From a virus (taxonomy: Duplodnaviria; Heunggongvirae; Uroviricota; Caudoviricetes), in the IMG/VR virus record IMGVR_UViG_648276670_000001, positions 1-29,531 of that record: DNA of 29,531 nt; one strand, 5' to 3'. The notes under the pieces were generated by a model, which saw only the letters and a list, made by a program, of their open reading frames with translations, did not search any database and was not told where the DNA came from. Made by a program: the position numbers and the translations under genes. This document shows positions 8,578-18,299 of this stretch, one piece after another. Every line of letters starts with the position of its first letter. Within the stretch, counting starts at the first letter, position 1.

Positions 8578-9211
8578 AAAGCTGCCGTGGCGCGGCATTC
8601 TGCTGGCCATTCTTATCAATGCCTTTCTGGTCGGCCTGTATGCCATGGGATACAGAAGTGGTCATGACTCTGCAAAGCGTGACGGTGATACCGCGCTCAG
8701 TCAGTTGCAGTCAGCATTTGACGCGTACAAAACGGAGCAGGCAACGCTTGAGAATGCTGCGCTGCGGGCCTGGGCCAGACGGTATCAGGAGCAGGTGGCC
8801 GCCGGGCAGCGGGCTGAAGCCGGTTATCTTGAGCAGATTGCTCAACTGGAGAGCCGGAATAAACAACTACAGGGGCAAATTAACGATGTCACACAGCGCT
8901 GGATTGATGAAAAAGGTAAGAGCCATCCCATTGAGTGCGTGTTTACTCGCGGTTTCGTGCGCCAGTACAACGCCGCACTCGGATATGACAATGCATCCGT
9001 CGACACCGGTCATTCAGACTCAGTTGCCGCCGCTGGCACCCGCTCTGGCACAGCGACCGGGCAACCTGAAACCACTGACACCCGGTTACGCGATTCGGGT
9101 GTCTCCCAGCGTGACGTTCTCGCCAACATCATCGACAACGCAGGACAATGTCGTCGCTGGCGGAACCAGATAAACGCGTTACTGGATGAACGGGAAGGAT
9201 TACAGAAATGA
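8561..9211 (+). CDS. i-spanin (Rz-like), about 216 aa
   Basis: GTG start with GGGGAGG Shine-Dalgarno 7 nt upstream, overlapping the endolysin 3' end; N-terminal TM helix WRGILLAILINAFLVGLYAMG followed by coiled-coil periplasmic domain; wholly contains the o-spanin ORF. Confidence 0.65.
   Translation: MWHLVKKLPWRGILLAILINAFLVGLYAMGYRSGHDSAKRDGDTALSQLQSAFDAYKTEQATLENAALRAWARRYQEQVAAGQRAEAGYLEQIAQLESRNKQLQGQINDVTQRWIDEKGKSHPIECVFTRGFVRQYNAALGYDNASVDTGHSDSVAAAGTRSGTATGQPETTDTRLRDSGVSQRDVLANIIDNAGQCRRWRNQINALLDEREGLQK
8907..9173 (+). CDS. o-spanin (Rz1-like) outer-membrane lipoprotein, embedded in the +1 frame of the i-spanin gene
   Basis: MKKVRAIPLSACLLAVSC has a signal peptide and lipobox (LAVSC) followed by a proline-rich mature region; embedded architecture typical of Rz/Rz1. 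Confidence 0.65.
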   Translation: MKKVRAIPLSACLLAVSCASTTPHSDMTMHPSTPVIQTQLPPLAPALAQRPGNLKPLTPGYAIRVSPSVTFSPTSSTTQDNVVAGGTR

Positions 9212-9534
9212 CACTGCAGGTTGAATTCTGGACGGTGGTGAGTTTTCTGCTCACCTTCATGGGGTTTGTGGGAGGGCTCGCCAAATGGTTGTTCAGTAAA
9301 ACAGAAGAACGCCAGGCGGCACGATTCGCCTCCCTTGAACAGGCCCTGCAACAATCCGCCTCCAACTGGGGCGAGCTGGAAAAAGAATTTATGCGATTTA
9401 AAGCGGATTTACCGCTGAATTATGTCCGTCGAGAGGATTATATCCGTGGCCAGACAGTCATTGAGGCCAAACTGGACGCGCTTTATAACAAACTGGAAGT
9501 GGTACAGCAGTACCGCAATACCGGAGGTCAATAA
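9208..9534 (+). CDS. Small phage membrane protein, 108 aa, function unknown
   Basis: ATG overlaps the Rz stop (ATGA); N-terminal hydrophobic helix WTVVSFLLTFMGFVGGLAKWLF; lies between the lysis and terminase genes. Confidence 0.55.
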   Translation: MTLQVEFWTVVSFLLTFMGFVGGLAKWLFSKTEERQAARFASLEQALQQSASNWGELEKEFMRFKADLPLNYVRREDYIRGQTVIEAKLDALYNKLEVVQQYRNTGGQ

Positions 9535-9845
9535 TGGTCGATATTACCCGGGTACGCCGCGAATCCCTGCGCTGGAGTCTGCTGGTTGCCCTGAACAAGA
9601 CCCGCCCTTACACCGCCAGCGAGACGCTGCTGCTGGATGTGTCCCGTGCCATCTACCCGGACACCACACCGCTGGAACTGCGCCGCGAACTGGATTATCT
9701 GGCTGACCGTAAAATGGTTGATCTGGAGAAAAAACCTTCTGGCGACTGGTTTGCTGACCTGACCCGCCTCGGCGTAGACCTGGTGGAATACACCGTGGAA
9801 TGTGGTCCGGGTATTGCCCGCCCGGAAAAGTACTGGAGTGAATAA
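9534..9845 (+). CDS. Hypothetical phage protein, 103 aa
   Basis: GGAGG Shine-Dalgarno 7 nt upstream; tightly packed within the late operon. Confidence 0.55.
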   Translation: MVDITRVRRESLRWSLLVALNKTRPYTASETLLLDVSRAIYPDTTPLELRRELDYLADRKMVDLEKKPSGDWFADLTRLGVDLVEYTVECGPGIARPEKYWSE

Positions 9846-10390
9846 TGGCCAGACGCAGCACAATAGAAAAGCTGCCGGAAGACGTGCGCCGCTGGCTTGA
9901 ACGGGCGCTGACTGAATCCGGCTTCAGCGGGTATAACGAGCTGGAGTCCCTGCTGCGTGAGCGGGGGTACGTTATCAGCAAATCCGCTATCCATCGCTAT
10001 GGACAGAAGATTGAGCGCCGCTATGGTGCTATCCGTGCGGCAACAGAAGCGGCCCGCATGCTGACCGAAGGCGCAGCAGACGATCAGGATGCGCGTTCGG
10101 AGGCTGTGATAGCCCTTATTCAGACCGAGCTGTTCGAGAGTATTGTCCAGTTGCAGGAGGCGGAAGAAGGCGAAGTCGATCCTAAAGAACGCGTGGCCCT
10201 GCTGTCGAAGGTGGCGAAGAATGTGGCTACGCTGTCCCGCGCGTCCGTCAACCTCAAAAAGTTCCAGTCTGAAGTACGGGCCAGAGCGCAGCAGGCAGCC
10301 AGCAACGCCGAGAAAATTGCCCGTAAGGGGGGACTGTCAAGCGACGCAGTACAGGCGCTTCGTCGCGAGATTCTGGGGATTGCCACATGA
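9845..10390 (+). CDS. Putative small terminase subunit / DNA-binding packaging protein (Mu-like), 181 aa
   Basis: Position immediately upstream of the large terminase with start/stop overlap; helical, basic and acidic character typical of Mu-like small terminase candidates. Confidence 0.5.
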   Translation: MARRSTIEKLPEDVRRWLERALTESGFSGYNELESLLRERGYVISKSAIHRYGQKIERRYGAIRAATEAARMLTEGAADDQDARSEAVIALIQTELFESIVQLQEAEEGEVDPKERVALLSKVAKNVATLSRASVNLKKFQSEVRARAQQAASNAEKIARKGGLSSDAVQALRREILGIAT

Positions 10391-11982
10391 CAAAATCATC
10401 CGGAGTGATTTTAAACGCCGCTGGCGGCGGCCCCGAAGGGATGAGTCCCATGGACGGGAGGAATAACCTTGCTCCCGTTTTGCCTGATACCTCGGCGCTG
10501 GATGCCCCTCCCGTTCTGTTGCCTTACCAGCAGCGCTGGGTGGCAGACACCTCTCCGCTTAAGGTGATAGAAAAGAGCCGTCGTACCGGTATTACATGGG
10601 CTGAGGCATCCGATAACGTACTGACCGCCGCCTCTTCTGCGTCAGCAGGCGGGATGAATGTGTATTACATCGCCTATAACCAGGACATGACCGTCGAATA
10701 CATTCAGGCGTGTGCGATGTGGGCACGGGCATTCAACTATGCGGCCAGTGAAATTGAAGAAGGATTCTGGGAAGAGGACGACGACGACAAACACATCAGG
10801 ACTTACACCATCAAATTTCCTGACTCCGGCTTTCGTATTGTTGCGCTCTCCAGCCGCCCGTCTAACCTGCGTGGCCGTCAGGGTATTATTGTTATCGACG
10901 AAGCGGCGTTCCATGAGCAACTGGACGAACTGCTGAAAGCGGCGCTGGCGATGCTTATCTGGGGGGGAAAGGTACGCGTTATCTCCACCCATGACGGTGA
11001 CGACAATCCGTTCAATACGCTTATCGGGGATATCCGTGCCGGACGTCAGGGAGGCAGCGTACATCGCATCACTTTCCGGGAAGCCGTATCTGAGGGGCTG
11101 TTCCGGCGCGTTTGTCTGCGCACCGGGAAGGAATGGTCAGAGGCATCCGAGCAGGCCTGGATGGCGTCGGTGTACAAATTCTACGCTGCCGGCGCATCCG
11201 AAGAGCTTGACTGTATTCCGGCCAACGGTGGCGGCGCCTGGCTGTCCCGTGCCCTGATAGAGTCCCGCATGTCCGCTGATACGCCGGTATTGCGTCTGAC
11301 CTGTCAGGAAGGTTATGAACTGCTGTCTGATGAGGTTCGCTTCCACGAGACACAGGACTGGCTTGATGAGCATCTGAAACCCTTGCTGGAGGCACTCCCC
11401 GCTGATGCCCGCTCTTTCCTGGGGCGCGACTTTGGCCGTAGCGGTGATTTGTCGGTGGACTATCCCCTGCTGCAGGAGAAGAACCTGGTACGACGCGTGC
11501 CATTCGTACTGGAGCTGCGTAACGTGCCGTTCAGACAGCAGGAGCAAATCACCTGGTATCTGATGGATGGCCTGCCCGGTCTGCTGGGTGCAGCGTTTGA
11601 TGCCCGTGGTAATGGTGCCTATCTGGCTGAATACGCCATGCAGCGCTACGGCTCCAGCCGGGTTCAGCAGGTGATGCCAACTGAAGGCTGGTACCGGGAG
11701 CATATGCCTCCGGTCAAAGCTGCACTGGAAGACGGTAACCTGGTGGACTTACCAAAGGATGAAGACACACTGGATGACCTGCGGGCCGTTCAGGTGGTGA
11801 ACGGTGTCCCCCGCGTGCCGGAGCAACGCTCAAAAGCAAAGGCTGACGGTGGTAAACGCCACGGGGATTCAGCCATCGCACTGGCGCTGGCGTATTTCGC
11901 CAGCCGTGAAATTAACAAAGGGCCGGTGAAGGCAAGCTCACGCTGTCGTCGTCAGGCGGCCCGTATGCTGGAGGGATTCTGA
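10387..11982 (+). CDS. Terminase large subunit (Mu-like), 531 aa
   Basis: Size, Walker-B-like GIIVIDEAAF, and position upstream of the portal gene. Confidence 0.8.
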   Translation: MTKSSGVILNAAGGGPEGMSPMDGRNNLAPVLPDTSALDAPPVLLPYQQRWVADTSPLKVIEKSRRTGITWAEASDNVLTAASSASAGGMNVYYIAYNQDMTVEYIQACAMWARAFNYAASEIEEGFWEEDDDDKHIRTYTIKFPDSGFRIVALSSRPSNLRGRQGIIVIDEAAFHEQLDELLKAALAMLIWGGKVRVISTHDGDDNPFNTLIGDIRAGRQGGSVHRITFREAVSEGLFRRVCLRTGKEWSEASEQAWMASVYKFYAAGASEELDCIPANGGGAWLSRALIESRMSADTPVLRLTCQEGYELLSDEVRFHETQDWLDEHLKPLLEALPADARSFLGRDFGRSGDLSVDYPLLQEKNLVRRVPFVLELRNVPFRQQEQITWYLMDGLPGLLGAAFDARGNGAYLAEYAMQRYGSSRVQQVMPTEGWYREHMPPVKAALEDGNLVDLPKDEDTLDDLRAVQVVNGVPRVPEQRSKAKADGGKRHGDSAIALALAYFASREINKGPVKASSRCRRQAARMLEGF

Positions 11983-13478
11983 TGGCGAGGGGTATCTGGG
12001 TTTCACCCGATGAATTTGTTGCTTTTTCTGAGCCTCAGAAATCACTGACCGCGCAGATTGCCTCCCGCAGCCGCGCGATCGACTTTTACGGACTGGGCAT
12101 GTATCTGCCCAATCCTGATCCCATTCTCAAGGCTCAGGGACGGGATATCCGTATCTACCGCGAACTGCGCACCGACCCGCTGGTTGGGGGCTGTATCCGC
12201 AGACGTAAAGCAGCGCTCAAATCACTGGAGCGTGGACTGGAGCGCGGTCACGCTTCTGCCCGGGTCTTCCGTTTCATCCGCGACATGCTCGACGATCTGG
12301 ATCTGTCCCGCATCATCGGTGAGATGAGTGATGCCGTGCTCTACGGGTATCAGCCCTGTGAAATCATGTGGGGCCGTTCGGTCAGGGCGTGGGCAGTGAC
12401 GGATATTGTCGGCAAACCGCCTGAGTGGTTTCAGTTTGATACGGACAACTGCCTGCGCTTCCGGGCGCGTGATGCGGGTGTGGAGGGTGAGCTGCTGTCA
12501 CCGTCAAAATTCGTGGTGCCGGCACAGGATGCCTCGTATGACAATCCTTACGGTTTCCCGGACCTGTCCATGTGCTTCTGGCCGGTCGCCTTCAAGAAAG
12601 GCGGGATGAAATTCTGGCTCCGCTTTGCCGAAAAGTTTGGCTCCCCGTGGGTGATCGGTAAGCACCCGAGGGGTGCAAATGATGCAGAGATTGAAAAACT
12701 GCTGGACTCCATGGAGCAGATGGTGGAGGACGCGGTGGCCGCCATCCCCGATGACAGCAGCATCGAACTCAAAGCCGCGGATGGTAAGGCGGACAGCAGC
12801 GAGGTATTCCGCGAGCTGATCACACTGTCACGCAGTGAGATCTCCATTGCATTACTTGGTCAGAATCAGACCACGGAAGCGAACAGTAACAAGGCCTCTG
12901 CACAGGCCGGGCTGGAGGTAACGGCTGATATCCGCGATGCGGATGCGGACATCATTCAGGCAGCAGTGAATCAGGTTATCAGAACGGTGGTCACCCTGAA
13001 CTTCGGCGATGTGCCGTGTCCGGTCTGGGCCATGTGGGAACAGGAGACCATTGATGACACCCGCGCCACCCGCGACGAAAAACTCACCCGGGCGGGTCTG
13101 CGTCTGACCCCGCAATACTTTAAGCGTGAGTACCAGCTGCAGGACGGCGATATTGACGAGACACCACCGTCGGAACGCCAGAATAACATGCTGCCGCTGT
13201 CATTTGCCGAGGCGATTGATGCCGATATTCAGGCTCAGCAGCAGCTTGACGACGCGCTGGACATTCTGATGAACGGAGGTGTGTTAAATGGCACGCTGGA
13301 ACCCGTCCTGGCACCTCTGTTTAAGCGGGTCGAAAACGGGGTTAACCCGACTGAGCTGCTGGGCGAACTGGCGGAGCTCTACCCTCAGATGAACACGGAC
13401 GATCTGCAGGAACGGCTGGCCCGCATTCTCTTTGTGGCAAATATCTGGGGACGTCTGCATGAGCGTGACAACGGCTGA
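11982..13478 (+). CDS. Portal protein (Mu-like), 498 aa
   Basis: Size and position between terminase and the Mu F-like gene; start overlaps the terminase stop. Confidence 0.8.
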   Translation: MARGIWVSPDEFVAFSEPQKSLTAQIASRSRAIDFYGLGMYLPNPDPILKAQGRDIRIYRELRTDPLVGGCIRRRKAALKSLERGLERGHASARVFRFIRDMLDDLDLSRIIGEMSDAVLYGYQPCEIMWGRSVRAWAVTDIVGKPPEWFQFDTDNCLRFRARDAGVEGELLSPSKFVVPAQDASYDNPYGFPDLSMCFWPVAFKKGGMKFWLRFAEKFGSPWVIGKHPRGANDAEIEKLLDSMEQMVEDAVAAIPDDSSIELKAADGKADSSEVFRELITLSRSEISIALLGQNQTTEANSNKASAQAGLEVTADIRDADADIIQAAVNQVIRTVVTLNFGDVPCPVWAMWEQETIDDTRATRDEKLTRAGLRLTPQYFKREYQLQDGDIDETPPSERQNNMLPLSFAEAIDADIQAQQQLDDALDILMNGGVLNGTLEPVLAPLFKRVENGVNPTELLGELAELYPQMNTDDLQERLARILFVANIWGRLHERDNG

Positions 13479-14280
13479 ACTGGCGTACTGCATGACGCTT
13501 CCCCCGAAGCGGGCAGTCAGTTACCTGAAGTCCAAAGGGTATCAGATTACCTGGGACTGGGAAGAAATGTGGCAGGAGGCCCATGCCCGCGCCTTTACCG
13601 TTGCTAAAGTGACCCGCCTGGATATCCTGGAAGATATTCGCGGGGCAATGCAGCAGGCTGTCGATGAAGGAAAAACCGATCGCTGGTTCCGGCAGGAGCT
13701 GGAGCCGGTGCTGAAGCGTAAGGGATGGTGGGGACCACGTGACACGACTGACCCGGTAACGGGTAAGCCGGTCACCATTCAGCAGGGCAGTCCGTGGCGG
13801 CTCGATACCATCTTTCGCACCAATATGTCCGTACTCTACAGCGCCGGTCGTTGGGCGGAACAGATGGAAAACGTCGACGACAGGCCGTACTGGATGTATA
13901 CCGGCATCAACGACAGCCATACCCGCAGGAGCCATCTGGCGCTGCATGGTCTGGTGCTGCGCTGGGATGACCCGTTCTGGCAGGCATTTTACCCGCCGAA
14001 CGGCTGGCGCTGCCGCTGTAGTGTGATTGCCCTGAGTGCGGCGGATGTCCGTGCCCGTGGCCTGAAGGTTATCAGCTCCGGCTCTGCCATGGGCCAGGAA
14101 CTGAAACTGGTCTCAGAGAAAACCGGCGAAATGCGGAACGTGGCCACCTTTAATACCGGCACCACGAAGGTGACCACCGACGTCGGCTGGTCTTATGCAC
14201 CGGGGGCAGCATACCGTCCCGACCTGGCCCGCTATCAGGGTACGCTTCAGCCACTGGCACAACAGGAACTGAGAGGATAA
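13459..14280 (+). CDS. Head morphogenesis protein, Mu F-like
   Basis: Conserved F-like C-terminal region HTRRSHLALHGLVLRWDDPFWQAFYPPNGWRCRCS; ATG 13459 overlaps the portal 3' end. Confidence 0.8.
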   Translation: MSVTTAELAYCMTLPPKRAVSYLKSKGYQITWDWEEMWQEAHARAFTVAKVTRLDILEDIRGAMQQAVDEGKTDRWFRQELEPVLKRKGWWGPRDTTDPVTGKPVTIQQGSPWRLDTIFRTNMSVLYSAGRWAEQMENVDDRPYWMYTGINDSHTRRSHLALHGLVLRWDDPFWQAFYPPNGWRCRCSVIALSAADVRARGLKVISSGSAMGQELKLVSEKTGEMRNVATFNTGTTKVTTDVGWSYAPGAAYRPDLARYQGTLQPLAQQELRG

Positions 14281-14282
14281 CA

Positions 14283-14741
14283 ATGGCTTCCGATAACCTG
14301 GTCAGTATCACCATTAACGATAAATCCCTGCGCCGGAGCCTCCGTGCGCTGGATCTGGCTGCCACAGACATGGAGCCCGCGATGCGCAAAATCGCCGGAA
14401 CCCTGCTGGCGGAAACACAGTTTAACTTTCTTGATGAGGGGCGTCCGGGGTGGATGCCCTCGCTGGCAGCGGAAGAACGTGACGGGCAGACACTGCAGGA
14501 TACCGGGCGTCTGATGGGGTCAGTATCAACCGACCATGACGACCGGCAGGCTGTTGTGGGGACCAACGTTGTTTACGGTGCCATTCACCAGTTCGGGGGT
14601 AAAACGGGGCGTAATGAGTCTGTTGAACTTCCGGCCCGCCCGTTCCTGCCGGTGACGGGGGATGGAGAACTACAGCCTGAAGTGGTAATCCCCATCCTCG
14701 ATACCATTGTCCGCCATCTTGAATCAGCGGCCCGTCGCTGA
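14283..14741 (+). CDS. Virion morphogenesis protein, Mu G-like, 152 aa
   Basis: Size and position after the F-like gene; tight spacing. Confidence 0.65.
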   Translation: MASDNLVSITINDKSLRRSLRALDLAATDMEPAMRKIAGTLLAETQFNFLDEGRPGWMPSLAAEERDGQTLQDTGRLMGSVSTDHDDRQAVVGTNVVYGAIHQFGGKTGRNESVELPARPFLPVTGDGELQPEVVIPILDTIVRHLESAARR

Positions 14742-14784
14742 GTTTTCTCTCTTCAGGTGGGTGATTTATCATTGCCAGCGAATG

Positions 14785-14827
14785 AGGGGCTGTATTACCT
14801 TTATAAAGGCTTTACAGCCTCTGTTTT
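14785..14827 (+). terminator. Imperfect palindromic hairpin followed by a T-run; candidate intrinsic terminator and/or regulatory site
   Basis: AGGGGCTGTA (14785-14794) pairs with TACAGCCTCT (14813-14822) around a perfect inner palindrome CCTTTATAAAGG (14798-14809); followed by GTTTTAT; lies in the 214-bp gap between the G-like and I-like genes. Confidence 0.4.
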
Positions 14828-14955
14828 ATAACCGCCTCCGGTTCACCGCATTGCTTTCCCTGTCCTTCTCCCCTGATGTTTTCTAAAGCAGATTAAAATC
14901 GCCGGGCCTGCATTTCTCACAAACTGTCTCCGACAACATAACGCGGGACAGCAAA

Positions 14956-16071
14956 ATGTCAGCCATTCACATTTTTAAAGCCGGTACTCATACCGATATG
15001 CACGGCAAAAAACTGCCGTTCACGCCAGACGATCTTGCCGCCTGCGTGAAAGCCTATGACCCGTCCGTCCATGAAGCACCACTCGTGATTGGTCATCCCA
15101 GAACGGAAGACCCGGCGTGGGGCTGGGTGAAAGCCCTGTCGCTCAGCGGCGTCGATCTGATGGCAGAGCCTGCCCAGCTGGACCCGCAGTTTGCTGAGAT
15201 GGTCACCGACGGACGATTCAAAAAAGTGTCCGCCTCTTTCTACCTCCCGGATTCACCGTCCAATCCGAAGCCCGGCGTGCTCTACCTTCGCCATGTGGGC
15301 TTTCTCGGGGCACAGCCACCTTCCGTCAAAGGGCTGAAACAGGTGTCCTTCAGTGAGCAGGAAGAAGGTGTGGTGGAGTTCGCCGACTGGCAGGCCATCA
15401 CGAATGCCTCCCTGTGGGGAAAGCTGCGCGATTTTCTGATCGCCCGCTTCAGTCTGGACGAGGCAGAAAAAGTCCTGCCGGAATGGCAGCTCAACAGTCT
15501 GCGCGAAGAGGCGTACCGCGACACACTGTCGCAGGATGCAGCAGGTGCACAATTCAGTGAGACAGGCCCGGGGCCGTCTTCCGCAAGTAACGAGGAATCA
15601 TCGATGACAAAAGAAGAGATTGAAGCCCTTCAGGAGGAGAACCGCCGCCTGAAGCAGCAGGCTGCTGATCGCGATGCGCGTGATGCACAGGTCAGACAGG
15701 AGCAACTGCATAAGGACAATGTGGCCTTTGCAGAAAAACTGGTCGCAGAGGGGCGTCTGGCTCCCCGCGCCTCCTCTGTGGTGGTTGCCCTGCTGGATGC
15801 CGTCGCCGGTGGCGACAAGCCGGTGGAGTTTGCTGAGGGGGAAAGCCGCACACCGCTGGCCACCGCCTTCCGTTCATTGCTCTCCGACGGGGAGCCGGTG
15901 ATGAACTTCGCCGAACAGGCCACAAAGGATCGTGTCGGCGACGTGGTGAAGGTGGATGTGGCGGAGTTTGCGGAAGCCGATCCTGAGCGTCTGGCCCTGC
16001 ATCAGAAAGCAGTGGCCCTGTCCAAAAAAGAAGGCATCAGCTATGAGGCTGCTGTCGCACGCTGCCTGTAA
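14956..16071 (+). CDS. Head protease/scaffold protein, Mu I-like, 371 aa
   Basis: Position directly upstream of the major capsid gene; coiled-coil C-terminal half (EEIEALQEENRRLKQQAADRDARDAQVRQEQL) typical of scaffolds. Confidence 0.7.
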   Translation: MSAIHIFKAGTHTDMHGKKLPFTPDDLAACVKAYDPSVHEAPLVIGHPRTEDPAWGWVKALSLSGVDLMAEPAQLDPQFAEMVTDGRFKKVSASFYLPDSPSNPKPGVLYLRHVGFLGAQPPSVKGLKQVSFSEQEEGVVEFADWQAITNASLWGKLRDFLIARFSLDEAEKVLPEWQLNSLREEAYRDTLSQDAAGAQFSETGPGPSSASNEESSMTKEEIEALQEENRRLKQQAADRDARDAQVRQEQLHKDNVAFAEKLVAEGRLAPRASSVVVALLDAVAGGDKPVEFAEGESRTPLATAFRSLLSDGEPVMNFAEQATKDRVGDVVKVDVAEFAEADPERLALHQKAVALSKKEGISYEAAVARCL

Positions 16072-16085
16072 TTTAAGGAGAGAGC

Positions 16086-17039
16086 ATGTCTGATTACTTA
16101 AAAGGTAAACGTGTCGTTGATCCGGTACTGACCAGTATCGCCCGAGGCTATAAAAATGCCGCATTCATTGGCGAACGTATTTTCCCCGTCGTGCTGACGG
16201 ACAAGGAAGGCGTGCGTGTGCCGACCTTCGGGAAAACCGCCTTTGTGGAATATGACACCGAGCGTGCCGTCGGGGCGGACAGCAATGTTCTGGTCCGTGA
16301 GAAAACCGGCACGCTTGATCTGGTGCTGGGTGAGCACGATCTGGCTGCGCCAGTGGACTATCGCGAACAGGCGGAGTCCATGTTTAACGAGGAGAGCAAG
16401 GCCATCCGTCGCGCCACGAATGGCGTGAATCTGCGCCGTGAACTTATCGCCGCCCGTCTGGCTCAGGATGAAAAGGTCTACCGTACCGGGCACGTTAAAA
16501 AACTGACAGCCGGCGACCGCTGGGCCGGTGGTAAGGGGGACCCCATCGGGGTAATTGAAGCCGGTATGGAAGCGGTCCGTACGACCACGGGGCTGCGTCC
16601 TAACCTGATGACCATGGGGGCCAGCGTGATGGCGCTGCTGAAGTTCCACCCGGCAATTCAGGCAGCCATCGGAGCCAACGAACGCAAGCGCATCACCACG
16701 GAGATCCTGCAGGACCTCTTTCAGATCGAAGAGATCGCCATCGGTGCTCCTGTCTCCCTGCCGTCCATGAAAGCGGCAATGGATAAGGACAGCGTGCCGA
16801 CGGATATCTGGGGAGACAATCTGATGCTGCACTACGTCGGCAAGCCGCAGCCGGGGGCGGACAGCGCGGACGAGAACGAGCCGTCCTTCGGCTACACCCT
16901 GCGCCGTAAGGGGATGCCTGTTGCCGACAAGTACGACGGAGCCGGCGGCAAGGTGAAGTACTGCCGTTATACCGATATCTACAAAGTCGCCGTGGTTGGT
17001 GGCGATGCCGGGTATCTCATTACCGGTATCAGTAAATAA
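16086..17039 (+). CDS. Major capsid protein, Mu T-like, 317 aa
   Basis: AAGGAG Shine-Dalgarno; size and position; N-terminus MSDYLKGKRVVDPVLTSIARGY resembles Mu-type major head subunits. Confidence 0.8.
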   Translation: MSDYLKGKRVVDPVLTSIARGYKNAAFIGERIFPVVLTDKEGVRVPTFGKTAFVEYDTERAVGADSNVLVREKTGTLDLVLGEHDLAAPVDYREQAESMFNEESKAIRRATNGVNLRRELIAARLAQDEKVYRTGHVKKLTAGDRWAGGKGDPIGVIEAGMEAVRTTTGLRPNLMTMGASVMALLKFHPAIQAAIGANERKRITTEILQDLFQIEEIAIGAPVSLPSMKAAMDKDSVPTDIWGDNLMLHYVGKPQPGADSADENEPSFGYTLRRKGMPVADKYDGAGGKVKYCRYTDIYKVAVVGGDAGYLITGISK

Positions 17040-17048
17040 GGAGGCGTT

Positions 17049-17387
17049 ATGGGAACCACTCAGCAGGTCATTCTGATCACAACCGTAACGGCAGGGGCCG
17101 CACTGGCACAGCAGCGTTTTGTCGGGGCAGATAATACCCCCTGTAAAGCCGGTGCCGCAGCGCTCGGGGTTGCCGAAGTGGATGCTGTTACCGGCGACAG
17201 CACGCCGGTGAGCGTTCTGGGCATTATTGCTGTCGAGGCCGGGGCCGCTGTCAGCCGTGGTGTGGCTGTTCAGTCAGATGCTCAGGCCAGAGCCGTGCCG
17301 CAGTCCGGCGACGGTAAATCCTGTGGTATTGCACTTGATGAAGCCGGGGGTGAAGGCGACGTCATTCGTATCCTGCGCGGGGTGTGA
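17049..17387 (+). CDS. Small head-associated phage protein, Ala/Gly-rich, 112 aa
   Basis: AAGGAGG Shine-Dalgarno; immediately follows the capsid gene. Confidence 0.55.
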   Translation: MGTTQQVILITTVTAGAALAQQRFVGADNTPCKAGAAALGVAEVDAVTGDSTPVSVLGIIAVEAGAAVSRGVAVQSDAQARAVPQSGDGKSCGIALDEAGGEGDVIRILRGV

Positions 17388-17388
17388 C

Positions 17389-17835
17389 ATGTACTGCACC
17401 CTGGAGGATTTGCTTGCGCAGGTGCCGGAACGAACGCTGATCGAGCTCACCAGTGAAGAGATGGACTTCGACTCGCCTGCAACAGTGAATACCCGTGTGG
17501 TGGACAGCTGTATCCGCTATGCCGACGAGCTGATTGATGCCCATCTGCGCGGACGCTATATCCTGCCACTGGCAGAGATACCGACTGTTCTGCGGGACAT
17601 TGCCATCACGCTGGTCCGTTACCGGCTCTACGCCCGCCGCCCGGAAGGTGACCTCCCGGATACGGTGAAGGATGACCACAAAGAAGCGCTGCGGCAACTC
17701 AGGGAGTTACGTGATAACAGGCTCACGCTGGGGCTGCCGTCCACTCAGAAAGATGTGCCTGAGCCTGGCGAGTTTCGTGTACGCAGCCGCCCGGCCACTT
17801 TCGGCGGTCGTGACGGTTTACTGGAGAAATACTGA
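17389..17835 (+). CDS. Phage head-completion / Mu gp36-like protein, about 148 aa
   Basis: ATG 17389 two nt after the upstream stop; the ORF-track start at 17227 overlaps the previous gene and is probably upstream read-through. Confidence 0.6.
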   Translation: MYCTLEDLLAQVPERTLIELTSEEMDFDSPATVNTRVVDSCIRYADELIDAHLRGRYILPLAEIPTVLRDIAITLVRYRLYARRPEGDLPDTVKDDHKEALRQLRELRDNRLTLGLPSTQKDVPEPGEFRVRSRPATFGGRDGLLEKY

Positions 17836-18299
17836 TGAACGTTCTGCCCGTCCTTGATGCGGTACTGGCCCGGTTACGCGAGAAGCTGCCGCAACTGCAG
17901 GTGGAGTACTTCCCGGAGAAACCGGCTGAATATCGCCTGAACCATCCGGTTGGCGCGTTGCTGCTGAGCTATGCCGGTTCGCGCTTTGACAGGCCGGATG
18001 ATACCGGTGCGGTGATCCAGTCTCAGACTATCCAGTTCTGCGTCACGGTGGTCTTCCGCCAGCTCAACGGTAAAAAAGGGGCGATTAATGTCCTGGATGC
18101 TGTCCGCCGCATTCTCGGCGGCCACACCCCGCCCGGCTGCCGCCGCCGTATCTGGCTGACCCGCGAGGTGTTTATCGGTGAAGTCAGGGGGCTGTGGCAA
18201 TACGCCCTCGACTTCGCGACTGAAAGCGTCTTTATCGAAGACAGCGATTTACTGTCCGGCCCGCTGTTAACCGAAGTGAACTATGAGGAAAGCGAGTGA
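17835..18299 (+). CDS. Phage protein, Mu gp37-like, 154 aa
   Basis: Start/stop overlap with neighbours; position between head and tail sheath genes. Confidence 0.6.
   Translation: MNVLPVLDAVLARLREKLPQLQVEYFPEKPAEYRLNHPVGALLLSYAGSRFDRPDDTGAVIQSQTIQFCVTVVFRQLNGKKGAINVLDAVRRILGGHTPPGCRRRIWLTREVFIGEVRGLWQYALDFATESVFIEDSDLLSGPLLTEVNYEESE

Noticed and set aside
16098-16832. Minus-strand ORF of 244 aa antisense to the major capsid gene
   Set aside because: Antisense shadow ORF typical of GC-rich coding DNA; His/Arg/Gly-rich translation; would disrupt the co-directional late operon.
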